64,000 nt of DNA from Candidatus Cloacimonadales bacterium (GCA_963677495.2 CAXXOU010000002.1:32001-96000), one strand, 5' to 3'. Shown: positions 1 through 9,748, counted from the stretch's first letter. Made by a program: numbers and translations. Notes: generated by a model not told the origin, from the sequence alone.

Positions 1-640
1 TGACAAAGCCATCATAAACATCAATTCTCCAGTAATAGGTAGTACCTAATTCAAGTTCTAAAGAATCAGGGAAGGCAAATGATGTTGTTGTCTGGTTATC
101 AGATATAGGATTAGATGGAAGAGATGTTGATGTACCATAATAAACATCATAAACTAATGCATCACCATCTTCATCAAAACTTTCCCATGTAAGAGTCGGA
201 AGTGTTGGAACACCTTCAGCTTCGTGATCCGGTGTTGGGTTGCTTGCTCTTTCCGGTGCAACATTAGGTCTGGTTAACTCAATGTTTACAGGTGTACTAT
301 CTGTACTGTTACCGCTTTTGTCCACTGCTTTAGCAATAAGTACATAGTCACCGGGTGTTAAACCTGAAGTAGCCCAAGCATATGAGTATGGAGAAGTTGT
401 AAGTGTCTCTACTATCTCTCCATTTGCTTTAAATTCAACACGATTTACACTCTTGTTGTCATCAGCATTAATTGATACATTGATAGTATTACCAATAACG
501 TAGTTCGCACCCTCAATTGGTTGAGCGATACTTACTGTAGGGGGGGTTTTATCCGAGCTGGTTGAATCCCCACAACCGGTAAATATTGCTAAACTAAGGC
601 ATAAAAGACTAATAATTATATATTTAGTCCCTTTCATCAT
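1..640 (-). CDS. Lipoprotein with bacterial Ig-like and Fn3-like domains (3' end runs off the window)
   Basis: Manual translation (not in ORF track): MMKGTKYIIISLLCLSLAIFTGC (lipobox) GDSTSSDKTPPTVSIAQP...PYSYAW...AKAVDKSGNS...LTWESFDEDGDALVYDVYYG...TYYWRI; GGAGG RBS at 646-650; same domain types as 44739..46037. Confidence 0.8.
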   Translation of the reverse strand, partial: MMKGTKYIIISLLCLSLAIFTGCGDSTSSDKTPPTVSIAQPIEGANYVIGNTINVSINADDNKSVNRVEFKANGEIVETLTTSPYSYAWATSGLTPGDYVLIAKAVDKSGNSTDSTPVNIELTRPNVAPERASNPTPDHEAEGVPTLPTLTWESFDEDGDALVYDVYYGTSTSLPSNPISDNQTTTSFAFPDSLELELGTTYYWRIDVYDGFV

Positions 641-710
641 TCTAACCTCCAGTAGATTATTATTTATATTTTTATGACATCTATATCTTTGCATGTCAAC
701 TAAAAACTAT

Positions 711-1448
711 TTATTTCTTATCCCAACGATAATCTATTGCATTATTCTTTAACGCTTTTATTAGTCGGTATTGTAGCTCATCCTTCCCAAACAGCTCATC
801 CAACAGTGTTTTCTTATCTCTATAAGTGTCTCGTATATTACTTGATTCATAAGGGCATTCATAAGATAAGAGTGGTAGTTTAAGTGTATTGTAAACCTTT
901 ATTATATCCTTTTCGCTTACAGTAAGCATGGGTCGGATCACAATCAAAGGATACTTCTCATATCTCAATTTCGGCTTTAAACCATCAATTCTGTTATGCT
1001 CTAGCAGATTCATTAGGAAAGTTTCAACTACATCCCCGGCATGATGACCGAATACTACTCTTTTAATACTACGTTCCTGCATGAATTCCCACATTGCTAA
1101 TCTTTTAAAGCGTGAACAGGAATAGCATACACCCTTTTTATTTGCTAAACTTCGCTCCATATCGATTTTTAGATCAACATATTCTACACCAAGCTCATCA
1201 CATAGAACTCTCATACTGTCCGTATTATAGTCATCTGTTCTAACATGCAGGGCAACGAGATTGAAGTTTAGATAGGAGTATTTATTTATGTACCACAGTA
1301 GGTAAAGAAGAGTAGTGCTGTCCTTTCCACCTGAAAGAGCGAGAGCAATGGTCTCATGATCATTGATCAAGTTGTAATGCCTAATTGTTCTGATTATCTC
1401 AGCAACAATGGGTTCAAAAGACTTTTGAAACTCCTTTATTATCCTCAC
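711..1448 (-). CDS. ttcA: tRNA 2-thiocytidine biosynthesis protein TtcA family (PP-loop ATPase)
   Basis: LSGGKDS PP-loop, CYSC, GHHAGDVVETFLMNL, IRPM motifs; GTG start at 1448 chosen from GGAG RBS. Confidence 0.75.
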   Translation of the reverse strand: MRIIKEFQKSFEPIVAEIIRTIRHYNLINDHETIALALSGGKDSTTLLYLLWYINKYSYLNFNLVALHVRTDDYNTDSMRVLCDELGVEYVDLKIDMERSLANKKGVCYSCSRFKRLAMWEFMQERSIKRVVFGHHAGDVVETFLMNLLEHNRIDGLKPKLRYEKYPLIVIRPMLTVSEKDIIKVYNTLKLPLLSYECPYESSNIRDTYRDKKTLLDELFGKDELQYRLIKALKNNAIDYRWDKK

Positions 1449-1606
1449 CTGTACTCCTTTAAATAATCCCTGTACACAATTCATTTATGCAGTTTTCTAT
1501 CCAAAGCACTAGTTAATTACTATATGCAGAGATTTTTTACCCCTTTACCCCTTAGAGCTCGGGAATGAAGTGATTTGATTATTCTCTAATACCATTTTGT
1601 ATGAAG

Positions 1607-1635
1607 AAAAGAGTCGTAGTTGTATACGACTCTTT
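1607..1635 (-). terminator. Rho-independent terminator after the 1661..2113 gene
   Basis: AAAA-GAGTCGTA-gttgta-TACGACTC-TTT hairpin. Confidence 0.7.
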
Positions 1636-1660
1636 GTTATTGGTTACTTAATTGCTGATA

Positions 1661-2113
1661 CTATAAAATCCCATTCATTAGCTCTTCATAGCGCGGAACA
1701 ATGGGTATAATCCCTGCTTCCACTGCCTGACGAACTGTGGTTATTGGAAGTCCACTATCTATTGCATATTGTGGAGTAATAGTTACTAAATTTACTGATG
1801 GTACTTCTCTTTTCAAAGAGTAAAGCATTTTAATTAGAAGTGAGTTTGAATTGACCCGAGTACCATGTCCCAGAACCATAATGTTGAATCGGTCTGAGTA
1901 GTTTTGCAAATCGGTGAGATAACCTTGGCTGATAGAATGATAGAACCTTCCAATATTGGATGAGCGTTCTGCCATACTATAGTGATTTTCTCCCATTGTT
2001 GGTTTAACATAAGCTCGAGCTAAAGGTGCTCCTGTAATCTTATCGACATAATAGACCATCTTTGCTAACTTGCCTACAAATCCATCTACCGGTCGCATGT
2101 ACTTAACTTTCAT
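1661..2113 (-). CDS. Uncharacterised 150-aa protein with basic N-terminus (GFVGKLAKMVYY...G...AR..VKP)
   Basis: ORF track; ATG at 2113 with GGAGGA RBS at 2121-2126, own promoter and terminator. Confidence 0.75.
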   Translation of the reverse strand: MKVKYMRPVDGFVGKLAKMVYYVDKITGAPLARAYVKPTMGENHYSMAERSSNIGRFYHSISQGYLTDLQNYSDRFNIMVLGHGTRVNSNSLLIKMLYSLKREVPSVNLVTITPQYAIDSGLPITTVRQAVEAGIIPIVPRYEELMNGIL

Positions 2114-2298
2114 TTTCTTTTCCTCCGTTGAGTTTAAGTTTTTTATTTGAAAGAAATACAACGATATGAGGTACTATTAACCTCCCTAATTATTGACCAT
2201 CTGCTCCTCCCTCTCGTAAAGGGTTAAAAACGTGTTTTACCTAAGCAAAATCAATGTGTATAATCGACATTAATTTAACACTAATTCCATCTGTGCCA

Positions 2299-2326
2299 AT
2301 CTTATCCCTGCTAGTCCCGTGGTCAA
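2299..2326 (-). promoter_or_regulatory. Sigma70-like promoter of the 1661..2113 gene
   Basis: TTGACC-N16-TAAGAT on the minus strand. Confidence 0.6.
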
Positions 2327-2351
2327 CAAAAATGTTGCTATAGTCATCAAG

Positions 2352-2372
2352 TTATCCACATGATGTGGATAA
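2352..2372. promoter_or_regulatory. Inverted pair of consensus DnaA boxes
   Basis: TTATCCACA-tga-TGTGGATAA, both 9/9 matches to the R-type DnaA box. Confidence 0.7.
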
Positions 2373-2510
2373 ATCGAGCCCTTCCACGAGAGGGTCACGA
2401 GAGGGTCACCTGTGGCGAACCTTTGAAACACCTTTTTTAGTCACGGGACCAGAAGGGATGAGGAAGGGCAAAATTGGAGCAAAATTGGGAAAATTGATAG
2501 TGGAAAATTG

Positions 2511-3080
2511 TTAGCTGGAGTCAAAGCGACCGAATGGGAGTTGGACTCATAGCGAAATATGGCAATATTCTACCTTTCGAATTTCCTTAGACCTTGGAAA
2601 TGGTACTCTTGTAAATTCCCCTCTCGTAGCCTGTCAGGGCGTAGCTTTAAGCGAAGACTGAAGAGGTGCCGTTTTTAACGGTGGGGTGTTTCTTTCTTCT
2701 TAGTGCACCATTTGCAAGGTTTACAACCATTCCAAAGGTACAGATTGCAGATGGTATTTTCATAGCCCCATGCGACTTGTTGCTTGGGGTTAAAGCTCTC
2801 GGATATTTTTAGCCCTGAAGGGGCGTAAGAACACAAATGTGTTAATCTTTCGCCCCTATAGGGCTGCAAGCTTCGTTGATTACGTTACCACATGCCCAAG
2901 CATGTGGCTATTGAACAGACGCCTTTTCAAGGCTAAAGGGCGCTATGATAGCTATGTGAAAGTGAGGACACTTGCACTACATTCCAGCCCTAAATGGGCT
3001 AAATATGAATAGCCCCCAGGTTTTGTGAACCCGGGGTCATGTTCCCAAAAGACCATTAGAACCCTGAAGGGGTTCAACGA
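2511..3080. repeat. Cluster of REP/REPIN-like palindromic modules
   Basis: GCGACCGAATGGGAGTTGG (also 5821, 19853), GCACCATT..AAGG..ACCATT.C.AAGGTAC (also 6006, 14169), GGGCGTAGCTTTAAGCGAAGACTGAAG (inverted at ~14279), AGCCCTGAAGGGGCG/CGCCCCTATAGGGCT, AATATGAATAGCCCC..GGTTTTGTGAACC (also 19464). Confidence 0.75.
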
Positions 3081-3290
3081 TTCCTTGACAAAGAAAATGA
3101 TGCTGCTCAAATAACCGAATAGTTATTTGAAATTATGAATTAGAAATTACTAATTAGAAATTGGGCAGGTTTCACCTTCATTAAAGTTATGGCGAACAAG
3201 TTGCCTGCCCGTTTTAGATTTTGGAGTGCATCGTCTATGTAGATGCTTTAGACCGACACAATAGGTAAACTCCATATAAAAGCAGGAACA

Positions 3291-5705
3291 ATGAATAAAT
3301 TATTAATACTACTTATGATTCTCTCAGCATTTTTAATGCTTAATGCAACGACTCTCGAAGTCTCTTTAGATGGTTCACATCCATACACCTCTATCCAAGA
3401 TGCTATTGATGATACCATTATTGGGGATACAGTACTAGTACATCCCGGGAGATACCTTGAAAATTTAAGTATTTATGGTAAAAGCATCTCCATGTGTAGT
3501 GAGTTTAACAATAACCGAGATTGGAATGTTGTTGAATCAACGATAATTGATGGGAATCTGCAAGCAAGGTGTTTATTAATAGATAGTTATTCAGCAGTTA
3601 TACTCAATGGGCTTACGTTCACAAATGGGACTAGACGGCCTAATTTTCATCCTTATCACGGTGGAGGACTCTCCATTAACGGGAGTTCTACTGTATCCTT
3701 ATCCAATTGCATCATTGACAATAATGAATCTGAAATGGGGGGAGGAGTTTCCTGTTCAGATAACTCTTCATTAACTCTATCTGGAAATATAATCCGTGCT
3801 AACAGAGCATTTGATAGGGGTGGAGGTATAAGCATTTCAGAGTCCAGTGTCTTGTTTGACCCCACAAATTTGAATAGTATTTTTGACAACTATGGCTCTG
3901 TTCTGGATATTTCAATTTCGAATTCTTCCTGTAGTGATATAATTTTGGACACATTAAGTGTAGTTCTTTCGGAACCTGATGGATATTTTATTTCATATAA
4001 CTCCATAGATAATATAGAAGATCCTTTTGTTTCTGTTCAAAACGGGAAGCTAAATTTGATTGATTCTGATCTTTATGTCTCCCCTAGTGGTAACGATAAC
4101 AATGATGGTTTAACTCCATCTACAGCACTTAAGACAATTGCTTATGCGACAAAAATTATACAACCAAATGAAGTAAACCCAAGACAAATTCTGCTATTGC
4201 CAGGGACTTATAGTAGAGATGTGAATAATCAGATATTCCCAATCGCTCTAAAATCAAATACAAAACTCATAGGTAGTAGTAACTCTCCTCATGAAGTAAT
4301 TCTGGGAGGTTGGATCGATACAAGCACAATACAGCTAAGTTTTGGAGAAAACATCGAGATTGGCCACTTCTTCATTAGTAGTAATTACGAAATCATATCT
4401 CCTATAGGAATGTATCAATGTAGCAATATCTCAGTGCACGATATTGAATTTAGATGCTCTGAAAGTGTTTTCTTAGGTGTTTGGGCGAGTCATATCAACT
4501 ATCTTAACATCAGCAACTGCTCAATCACTGATGTTGTTGCCAATAGAAACATGTTTGGTCACTATATAGGAAGGTGTAGCAATGTATCTCTTAATAATAT
4601 TGTAATCAATAATGTTACAGGACTAACTGATGTTGGTTTTCAATATGGTATAGACATGTCAGCCTCTTCTGTAACTGCGAATAACATCATAATTTCAAAC
4701 ACTCATTTTAGGAATTTGGCAATAGCAACTAGTAACTTTGAAAGCGAGTTTTATACTGAAATTGGGAGTCTTCAACTTACAAATTTGATTATGTATGATA
4801 ATATTTCTACTTCTGATATGCCCTTGATAAATCTCACTAACTGGGGAAGCCAGAATTATCTGAATAACATGACAGTCTATAACAACGACTTAGCTGCTGA
4901 AATGATAAGAGTAGTAGGCGATTATACTGTAAAAAATTGTGTTTTGTATAATCCAGAGGCAAGTTATGAAATAAAGATGTGGGAACCTTACGATTTTGAA
5001 ATAGACCCTCAATATTCTGATTTACATCTTGATTATAATCTTGTAAGAGATGGGAATCAAGGAATAGGTGGTACTGATGAGCCTAATAACACCCTCACAT
5101 GGGGAAGTCACAACATTGATGCTGACCCAATGTTTAGGGGAGATGTCATAGGTGATGTACCCCTAGGAGATTACAGATGGTTACAACTCACTGAAAACTC
5201 TCCCTGCGTGAATGCGGGAACACCTGATACACTTGGTATGAACTTGCCAACAGTAGATATTGCAGGAAACCCGAGAGTATGGGATGATATAATAGATATG
5301 GGTGCTTATGAGTATAATCCGACTCCTAATAGTGATGAAACAGCTCCATCCCCACCTGCAACGATACAGGTGTCTCATTTTCCTAATCCTGTAACACCAA
5401 ATGGTAGTAACGGAAAAGTTGCATTTATCGAGTTCACACTTCCTAAGAAACCTATAGAAAAACCAACCCTTGAGATATTCAATATCAAAGGGCAGAAGGT
5501 TAGGGATCTGAAGATAACCCAGAGTTTTTCACAACTTGTGAGAAGTGCAGGATTATCATCAGAGGATAAGCAAACCGGGGAGCATTACTCTAAGATCTGG
5601 GATTGTAAAGATAATAATCTTAAGACGGTTGCATCGGGGATATATTTTTATAAGGTTAGTTGTGAGGGGGAAGAAGCGATTGGCAGAATGATGGTGGTGA
5701 AGTAG
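3291..5705 (+). CDS. Secreted right-handed beta-helix (pectin-lyase-like) protein with FlgD-Ig/T9SS-like C-terminal domain
   Basis: Signal peptide; SIQDAID..GDTVLVHPGRY; GGG repeats; YVSPSGNDNNDG; SPCVNAG...DMGAYE; HFPNP...IFNIKGQKVR...SGIYFYKV. Confidence 0.8.
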   Translation: MNKLLILLMILSAFLMLNATTLEVSLDGSHPYTSIQDAIDDTIIGDTVLVHPGRYLENLSIYGKSISMCSEFNNNRDWNVVESTIIDGNLQARCLLIDSYSAVILNGLTFTNGTRRPNFHPYHGGGLSINGSSTVSLSNCIIDNNESEMGGGVSCSDNSSLTLSGNIIRANRAFDRGGGISISESSVLFDPTNLNSIFDNYGSVLDISISNSSCSDIILDTLSVVLSEPDGYFISYNSIDNIEDPFVSVQNGKLNLIDSDLYVSPSGNDNNDGLTPSTALKTIAYATKIIQPNEVNPRQILLLPGTYSRDVNNQIFPIALKSNTKLIGSSNSPHEVILGGWIDTSTIQLSFGENIEIGHFFISSNYEIISPIGMYQCSNISVHDIEFRCSESVFLGVWASHINYLNISNCSITDVVANRNMFGHYIGRCSNVSLNNIVINNVTGLTDVGFQYGIDMSASSVTANNIIISNTHFRNLAIATSNFESEFYTEIGSLQLTNLIMYDNISTSDMPLINLTNWGSQNYLNNMTVYNNDLAAEMIRVVGDYTVKNCVLYNPEASYEIKMWEPYDFEIDPQYSDLHLDYNLVRDGNQGIGGTDEPNNTLTWGSHNIDADPMFRGDVIGDVPLGDYRWLQLTENSPCVNAGTPDTLGMNLPTVDIAGNPRVWDDIIDMGAYEYNPTPNSDETAPSPPATIQVSHFPNPVTPNGSNGKVAFIEFTLPKKPIEKPTLEIFNIKGQKVRDLKITQSFSQLVRSAGLSSEDKQTGEHYSKIWDCKDNNLKTVASGIYFYKVSCEGEEAIGRMMVVK

Positions 5706-6201
5706 GAAGAAGTGAGTTGCAACGTAGTGTGACTCGCTAATTCCGTCATTCGAAGCAGATTTCGTTCTCGCGTCACGCTAACGCTGCAACGCAAGTCCGA
5801 ATGATGTAGCTGTCACTATAGCGACAGAATGGGAGTTGGGTGAATAGCGGAAGATGGCAAAGAATAGTTTTGTGACAAGACACACCTACACAGTTGGTGC
5901 ACTCCATGAAGTCCGTTTTCGCTCGTAAACTTCACTCTGACAAACTCCTTTTCTAAACCTGAAACTCGTTATGACTCCAATGATGGAAGAGATTGCTTCG
6001 TAGCGCACCATTCGGAAGGTCTAAGGACCATTCCGAAGGTACGATTATACTTGTAGATTTCGTTCTCGCCCCACACTTCGCTGCGGTGCAAGTCCGAAGG
6101 CTGTAGCAGTCACCTTTGCGAGTTTGCGAGCTCGGGGAAATGCGGAATTGGTAAAGAAACGTTTTGTGACAAGACGCACCTACACAGTTGGTGCACTTCA
6201 T
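5705..6201. repeat. Mosaic REP-like module cluster containing an internal diverged duplication
   Basis: 5757-5907 is repeated with divergence at 6055-6201 (AGATTTCGTTCTCGC..GCAAGTCCGAA; TGTAGC.GTCAC; GTTTTGTGACAAGAC.CACCTACACAGTTGGTGCACT). Confidence 0.8.
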
Positions 6202-6379
6202 AGCTTGGTGTCGAAGTCGTAAGCTAAGGGTGATCGGTTTGGATATCATTCTTTTAACCAAAAAAGTAGAATTTGCTTATCAGATATAGTGTCATATATT
6301 CTGATTGACAAGGAGAGTGGTTAATAACTTAATGTCAGATAGTCACTAAGAATAAAGCTAAAAGCAGTGAAATTCTTGC

Positions 6380-6407
6380 TTGACACCGTAAGCGAAGAAA
6401 ATAATTT
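6380..6407 (+). promoter_or_regulatory. Sigma70-like promoter of tRNA-Leu/tig/clpPX
   Basis: TTGACA-N16-TAATTT just upstream of the tRNA. Confidence 0.55.
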
Positions 6408-6415
6408 GGTGCAGT

Positions 6416-6501
6416 GCGAAAGTGGCGGAATTGGCAGACGCGCTGGACTTAGAATCCAGTGAGCTTAGCTCGTAGGGGTTCAAGTCCCCTCTTTCGCACC
6501 A
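6416..6501 (+). tRNA. tRNA-Leu (TAG)
   Basis: Cloverleaf, anticodon arm CTGGA-CT-TAG-AA-TCCAG, long variable arm, GTTCAAGT, CCA end. Confidence 0.95.
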
Positions 6502-6545
6502 TTTTTTTATTCAAAAACAAATAAGATAATATAAAGGAGACTGTT

Positions 6546-7811
6546 GTGAAAATTGAAATCAATAACAAGAGTCAAGTATTGCAGGAAGCTGTAATCACAG
6601 TTGATGCTGATCAGGCATTAAAAGATTATAATAAAGCACTTAAGAAAGTATCAAACAAGGTTGTTATCCCTGGTTTCAGAAAGGGTAAAGCACCACTTTC
6701 AAGAGTTGAGAAAGACTATGAACCACAGATAGTGAATGAGTATTACAATACTTATATCGATAAGTATTATCAGCAGGCACTTGAAGAGGGTGATTTCCAT
6801 CCAATGACAGAACCAACTCCTACAAATATCGATTGGGAAAAGGGTAAAGACTTTGTTCTTACACTTACATATGAAATTGAACCTACAATCGAACTTACAA
6901 AGTATGAAGGTCTTGAAGTTCCATTTAAGCCAATGCCTATCGATGCTCAGTTAGACAGCTACTTAGAGCAGCTTAGACAGCGTGGTTCAACTCAGGTTGA
7001 TGTTGATGAACCTGTTATGGAAAGAGATATTATCGATGTAACTGTAACTCAAGGTGAAGTTGCAACTCAAAGAGAACTTCTTGTAGACCCAAGTCTTGGT
7101 GATGACCTTTATAATGGATTACTTGAAAAGAAAATCGGTGATGAGTTTGAAACTAAGATGAAAGCTCGTCTAATCGACAAAGATGCAGAGAACGGGGAAG
7201 AGGAAGTAGAAGTTAAGATCAGTGTTGATGCAGTACGCAGAGTTAAACTTCCAGAAATCGATGATGAGTTTGCTAAAGATTATGAGTATGAAAACCTTGA
7301 AGATATGAAAGCAAAACTTGCTGAAGAACTTAAGGTTGATAACGATAAAACAAACCGTGAAACAGGTCGCTCAAACATTCTTGTGAAGATTTCTGAAGAG
7401 AATGAGTTTGAAGTACCAAAAGTAATGGTTGATAACTATGCATATCATATGGCTAAACCATATATTGATGCTTATAACATGGAAGCTGAGAAGATTCTTC
7501 CTATGTTCCAACCTGAAGCACAGCGTGAAGTTAAACACTACTTCGTACTCAAAACACTTAAAGATATGATCGAAGTAGATTATGATGATGCTTTCAAAGC
7601 TGAAATGATTGAAAGATTTGCTCTTGAAGCTAAAAAGACAATTGATGAATACAAAGAAACTCAGAAGAGCTTCATCGAATCTGATGATTTTGAAGATGTG
7701 CTCAAAACTGAGAAACTCTATCGCTGGTTAGAAGAGAAGAACACTTTCGTTGAACCGGTTGTAGAAGAACCAAAACAAGATGAGGAGCCTGAAACAGCTC
7801 CTGAAGCATAA
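6546..7811 (+). CDS. tig: Trigger factor
   Basis: IPGFRKGKAP ribosome-binding signature; upstream of clpP-clpX. Confidence 0.95.
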   Translation: MKIEINNKSQVLQEAVITVDADQALKDYNKALKKVSNKVVIPGFRKGKAPLSRVEKDYEPQIVNEYYNTYIDKYYQQALEEGDFHPMTEPTPTNIDWEKGKDFVLTLTYEIEPTIELTKYEGLEVPFKPMPIDAQLDSYLEQLRQRGSTQVDVDEPVMERDIIDVTVTQGEVATQRELLVDPSLGDDLYNGLLEKKIGDEFETKMKARLIDKDAENGEEEVEVKISVDAVRRVKLPEIDDEFAKDYEYENLEDMKAKLAEELKVDNDKTNRETGRSNILVKISEENEFEVPKVMVDNYAYHMAKPYIDAYNMEAEKILPMFQPEAQREVKHYFVLKTLKDMIEVDYDDAFKAEMIERFALEAKKTIDEYKETQKSFIESDDFEDVLKTEKLYRWLEEKNTFVEPVVEEPKQDEEPETAPEA

Positions 7812-7826
7812 AGCTTAGGAGGGTAC

Positions 7827-8411
7827 ATGAGCTTTATACCTTTCGTAATTGAACAGACAGGTAGAGCTGAACGCTCTTATGATATCTTTTCAAGATTACT
7901 TAAAGATAGAATCATCTTTATCGGTGGTCCTATTAATGATGTAGTTGCTAACCTTGTGGTTGCACAGCTTCTTCACCTTGAAGCTGAAGCTCCTGAAAAA
8001 GATATCTATATGTATATTAACAGCCCCGGTGGTGTTATCACTTCCGGTTTGGCTATATATGATACTATGCAGTATATTAAACCTGATGTAAGCACAATCT
8101 GTATTGGTCAAGCTGCAAGTATGGGTGCGGTTCTCTTAGCTGCAGGTGCAGAAGGTAAACGTTTTGCCTTACCTAGTAGCCGAGTTATGATTCACCAACC
8201 ACTTGGTGGAGCACAAGGTCAGGCAACTGATATTGAGATTCAAGCGAATGAAATTCTCTATATGAAAGATAAGCTTACTGATATCCTTCGTAAACACACA
8301 GGTAAAACTGCTAAAAGAATCAAAGCTGATTCCGATAGAAACTTCTTTATGAGTGCTCAAGAAGCACTTGAATATGGAATCATTGATACAGTTATTGATA
8401 AAAGGAAATAA
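7827..8411 (+). CDS. clpP: ATP-dependent Clp protease proteolytic subunit
   Basis: [22 protein letters not shown] motifs. Confidence 0.98.
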   Translation: MSFIPFVIEQTGRAERSYDIFSRLLKDRIIFIGGPINDVVANLVVAQLLHLEAEAPEKDIYMYINSPGGVITSGLAIYDTMQYIKPDVSTICIGQAASMGAVLLAAGAEGKRFALPSSRVMIHQPLGGAQGQATDIEIQANEILYMKDKLTDILRKHTGKTAKRIKADSDRNFFMSAQEALEYGIIDTVIDKRK

Positions 8412-8413
8412 CC

Positions 8414-9634
8414 TTGAGTGATATTTTAGAAGAAAGCTGTTCGATATGTGGTAGACCACAGTCAGAAGTACGCTCCATGATACATGGTGTTACAGGTAAT
8501 ATTTGTAACGAGTGCATTGAACTTTGCCATGATATGGTACACAGTCAGAACAAAACTGAAGAGGTTGATAACGAGTTTAAACTTCCAACTCCATCCGAGC
8601 TTAAGAAGCATCTCGATAGTTATGTTATTGATCAGGATAGAGCTAAAACAGCAATATCTGTGGCCGTATACAATCATTACAAACGTATCTTCAAACAACA
8701 ATATATGGATGAAGATATCGATATTGAGAAAAGTAATATCTTGCTTCTTGGACCAACCGGTTCAGGTAAGACCTTATTAGCTCAAACTCTTGCCCGTTTC
8801 TTGAAAGTACCATTCGCTATTGCAGATGCTACTACTCTGACAGAAGCAGGGTATGTTGGTGATGATGTAGAGAACATTCTTACAAGACTACTTCAAGCTG
8901 CTGACTTCGATGTTGATAAAGCTGAACGTGGAATTATCTACGTTGATGAACTTGATAAGATTGCCAGAAAATCAGAGACACCATCTATTACACGTGATGT
9001 TTCAGGTGAAGGTGTTCAACAAGCACTTCTTAAAATCCTTGAAGGCTCAGTAGTGAATGTACCACCAAAGGGCGGGAGAAAGCATCCTTATCAGGACTTC
9101 ATTCATCTAAATACAAAGAACATCCTCTTTATTTGCGGTGGAGCATTCTTTGGACTTGATAAGCTTATCAAGAGCAGAACTAACAAGAAAACTGTTGGTT
9201 TTGATGCTGTGATAGCAGGTGAAAAGATTGATAAAGATATTCTTAGCAAAGTAAGCTATGAAGATCTGCTTAAGTTTGGTATTATCCCGGAACTTATTGG
9301 TCGTTTACCTGTAGTGACTGCTCTTCATGAGCTCAATGAAGAAGCACTTGTTAAAATTCTTACAGAACCTAAGAACTGTCTAGTGAAGCAATATGAGAAA
9401 CTCTTTAAGATTGATGGTGTGCAACTAACATTCGAAGTTAAAGCACTTAAAGCTATTGCAGAGCAAGCACAGAAGCAACGTACAGGTGCTAGAAGTCTCC
9501 GTTCTATCATGGAGAAGACTATGCAGGATATCATGTTTGATCTTCCTGATAAGAAGAATGTTGTTGAATGTATAATTACTGAGGATGTTGTCAGAAATGG
9601 TGGCACACCGAAGTATAAGACAAAGAAGATTTAG
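8414..9634 (+). CDS. clpX: Clp protease ATP-binding subunit ClpX
   Basis: C4 zinc finger, [12 protein letters not shown] pore loop, GGRKHP, VGF loop. Confidence 0.98.
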   Translation: MSDILEESCSICGRPQSEVRSMIHGVTGNICNECIELCHDMVHSQNKTEEVDNEFKLPTPSELKKHLDSYVIDQDRAKTAISVAVYNHYKRIFKQQYMDEDIDIEKSNILLLGPTGSGKTLLAQTLARFLKVPFAIADATTLTEAGYVGDDVENILTRLLQAADFDVDKAERGIIYVDELDKIARKSETPSITRDVSGEGVQQALLKILEGSVVNVPPKGGRKHPYQDFIHLNTKNILFICGGAFFGLDKLIKSRTNKKTVGFDAVIAGEKIDKDILSKVSYEDLLKFGIIPELIGRLPVVTALHELNEEALVKILTEPKNCLVKQYEKLFKIDGVQLTFEVKALKAIAEQAQKQRTGARSLRSIMEKTMQDIMFDLPDKKNVVECIITEDVVRNGGTPKYKTKKI

Positions 9635-9652
9635 ATTTATATATAATATAGA

Positions 9653-9681
9653 AAAGCCTGCTGATTCCAGCAGGCTTTTTT
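9653..9681. terminator. Rho-independent terminator, copy 1 of an exact 29-bp duplicate
   Basis: AAAGCCTGCTGATTCCAGCAGGCTTTTTT, identical at 11495-11523. Confidence 0.85.
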
Positions 9682-9748
9682 TGTTCTATCTTTTATATTG
9701 ACAAAGAAAATCCTAAAGAAAATCATTAGACAATCTATTGGAGGTACA

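Larger units (their letters stand above)
2198..2490. repeat. 11-bp-periodic palindromic array element, promoter-containing copy
   Basis: CACGAGAGGGT/CACGAGAGGGT/CACCTGTGGCG/AACCTTTGAAA/CACCTTTTTTA in 11-bp phase from 2386; imperfect inverted repeat ~2301-2322 vs ~2441-2462; ends CTGCTCC (2201) / GGAGCA (~2476-2481). Confidence 0.6.

Noticed and set aside
2340..2400. Replication origin at the DnaA boxes
   Set aside because: Only two boxes seen, no adjacent dnaA/dnaN/gidA and no evident unwinding element.
5953..6261. Short ORFs in repeat clusters (also 2675, 13784, 13994, 14043, 18978, 19241, 43336, 57891)
   Set aside because: Translations of REP or array sequence (e.g. recurring TCTAAKCGAR) with no convincing RBS or domain.
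7896..9606. Antisense and alternate-frame ORFs over clpP/clpX and other housekeeping genes
   Set aside because: Fully nested in well-supported genes and without recognisable motifs.
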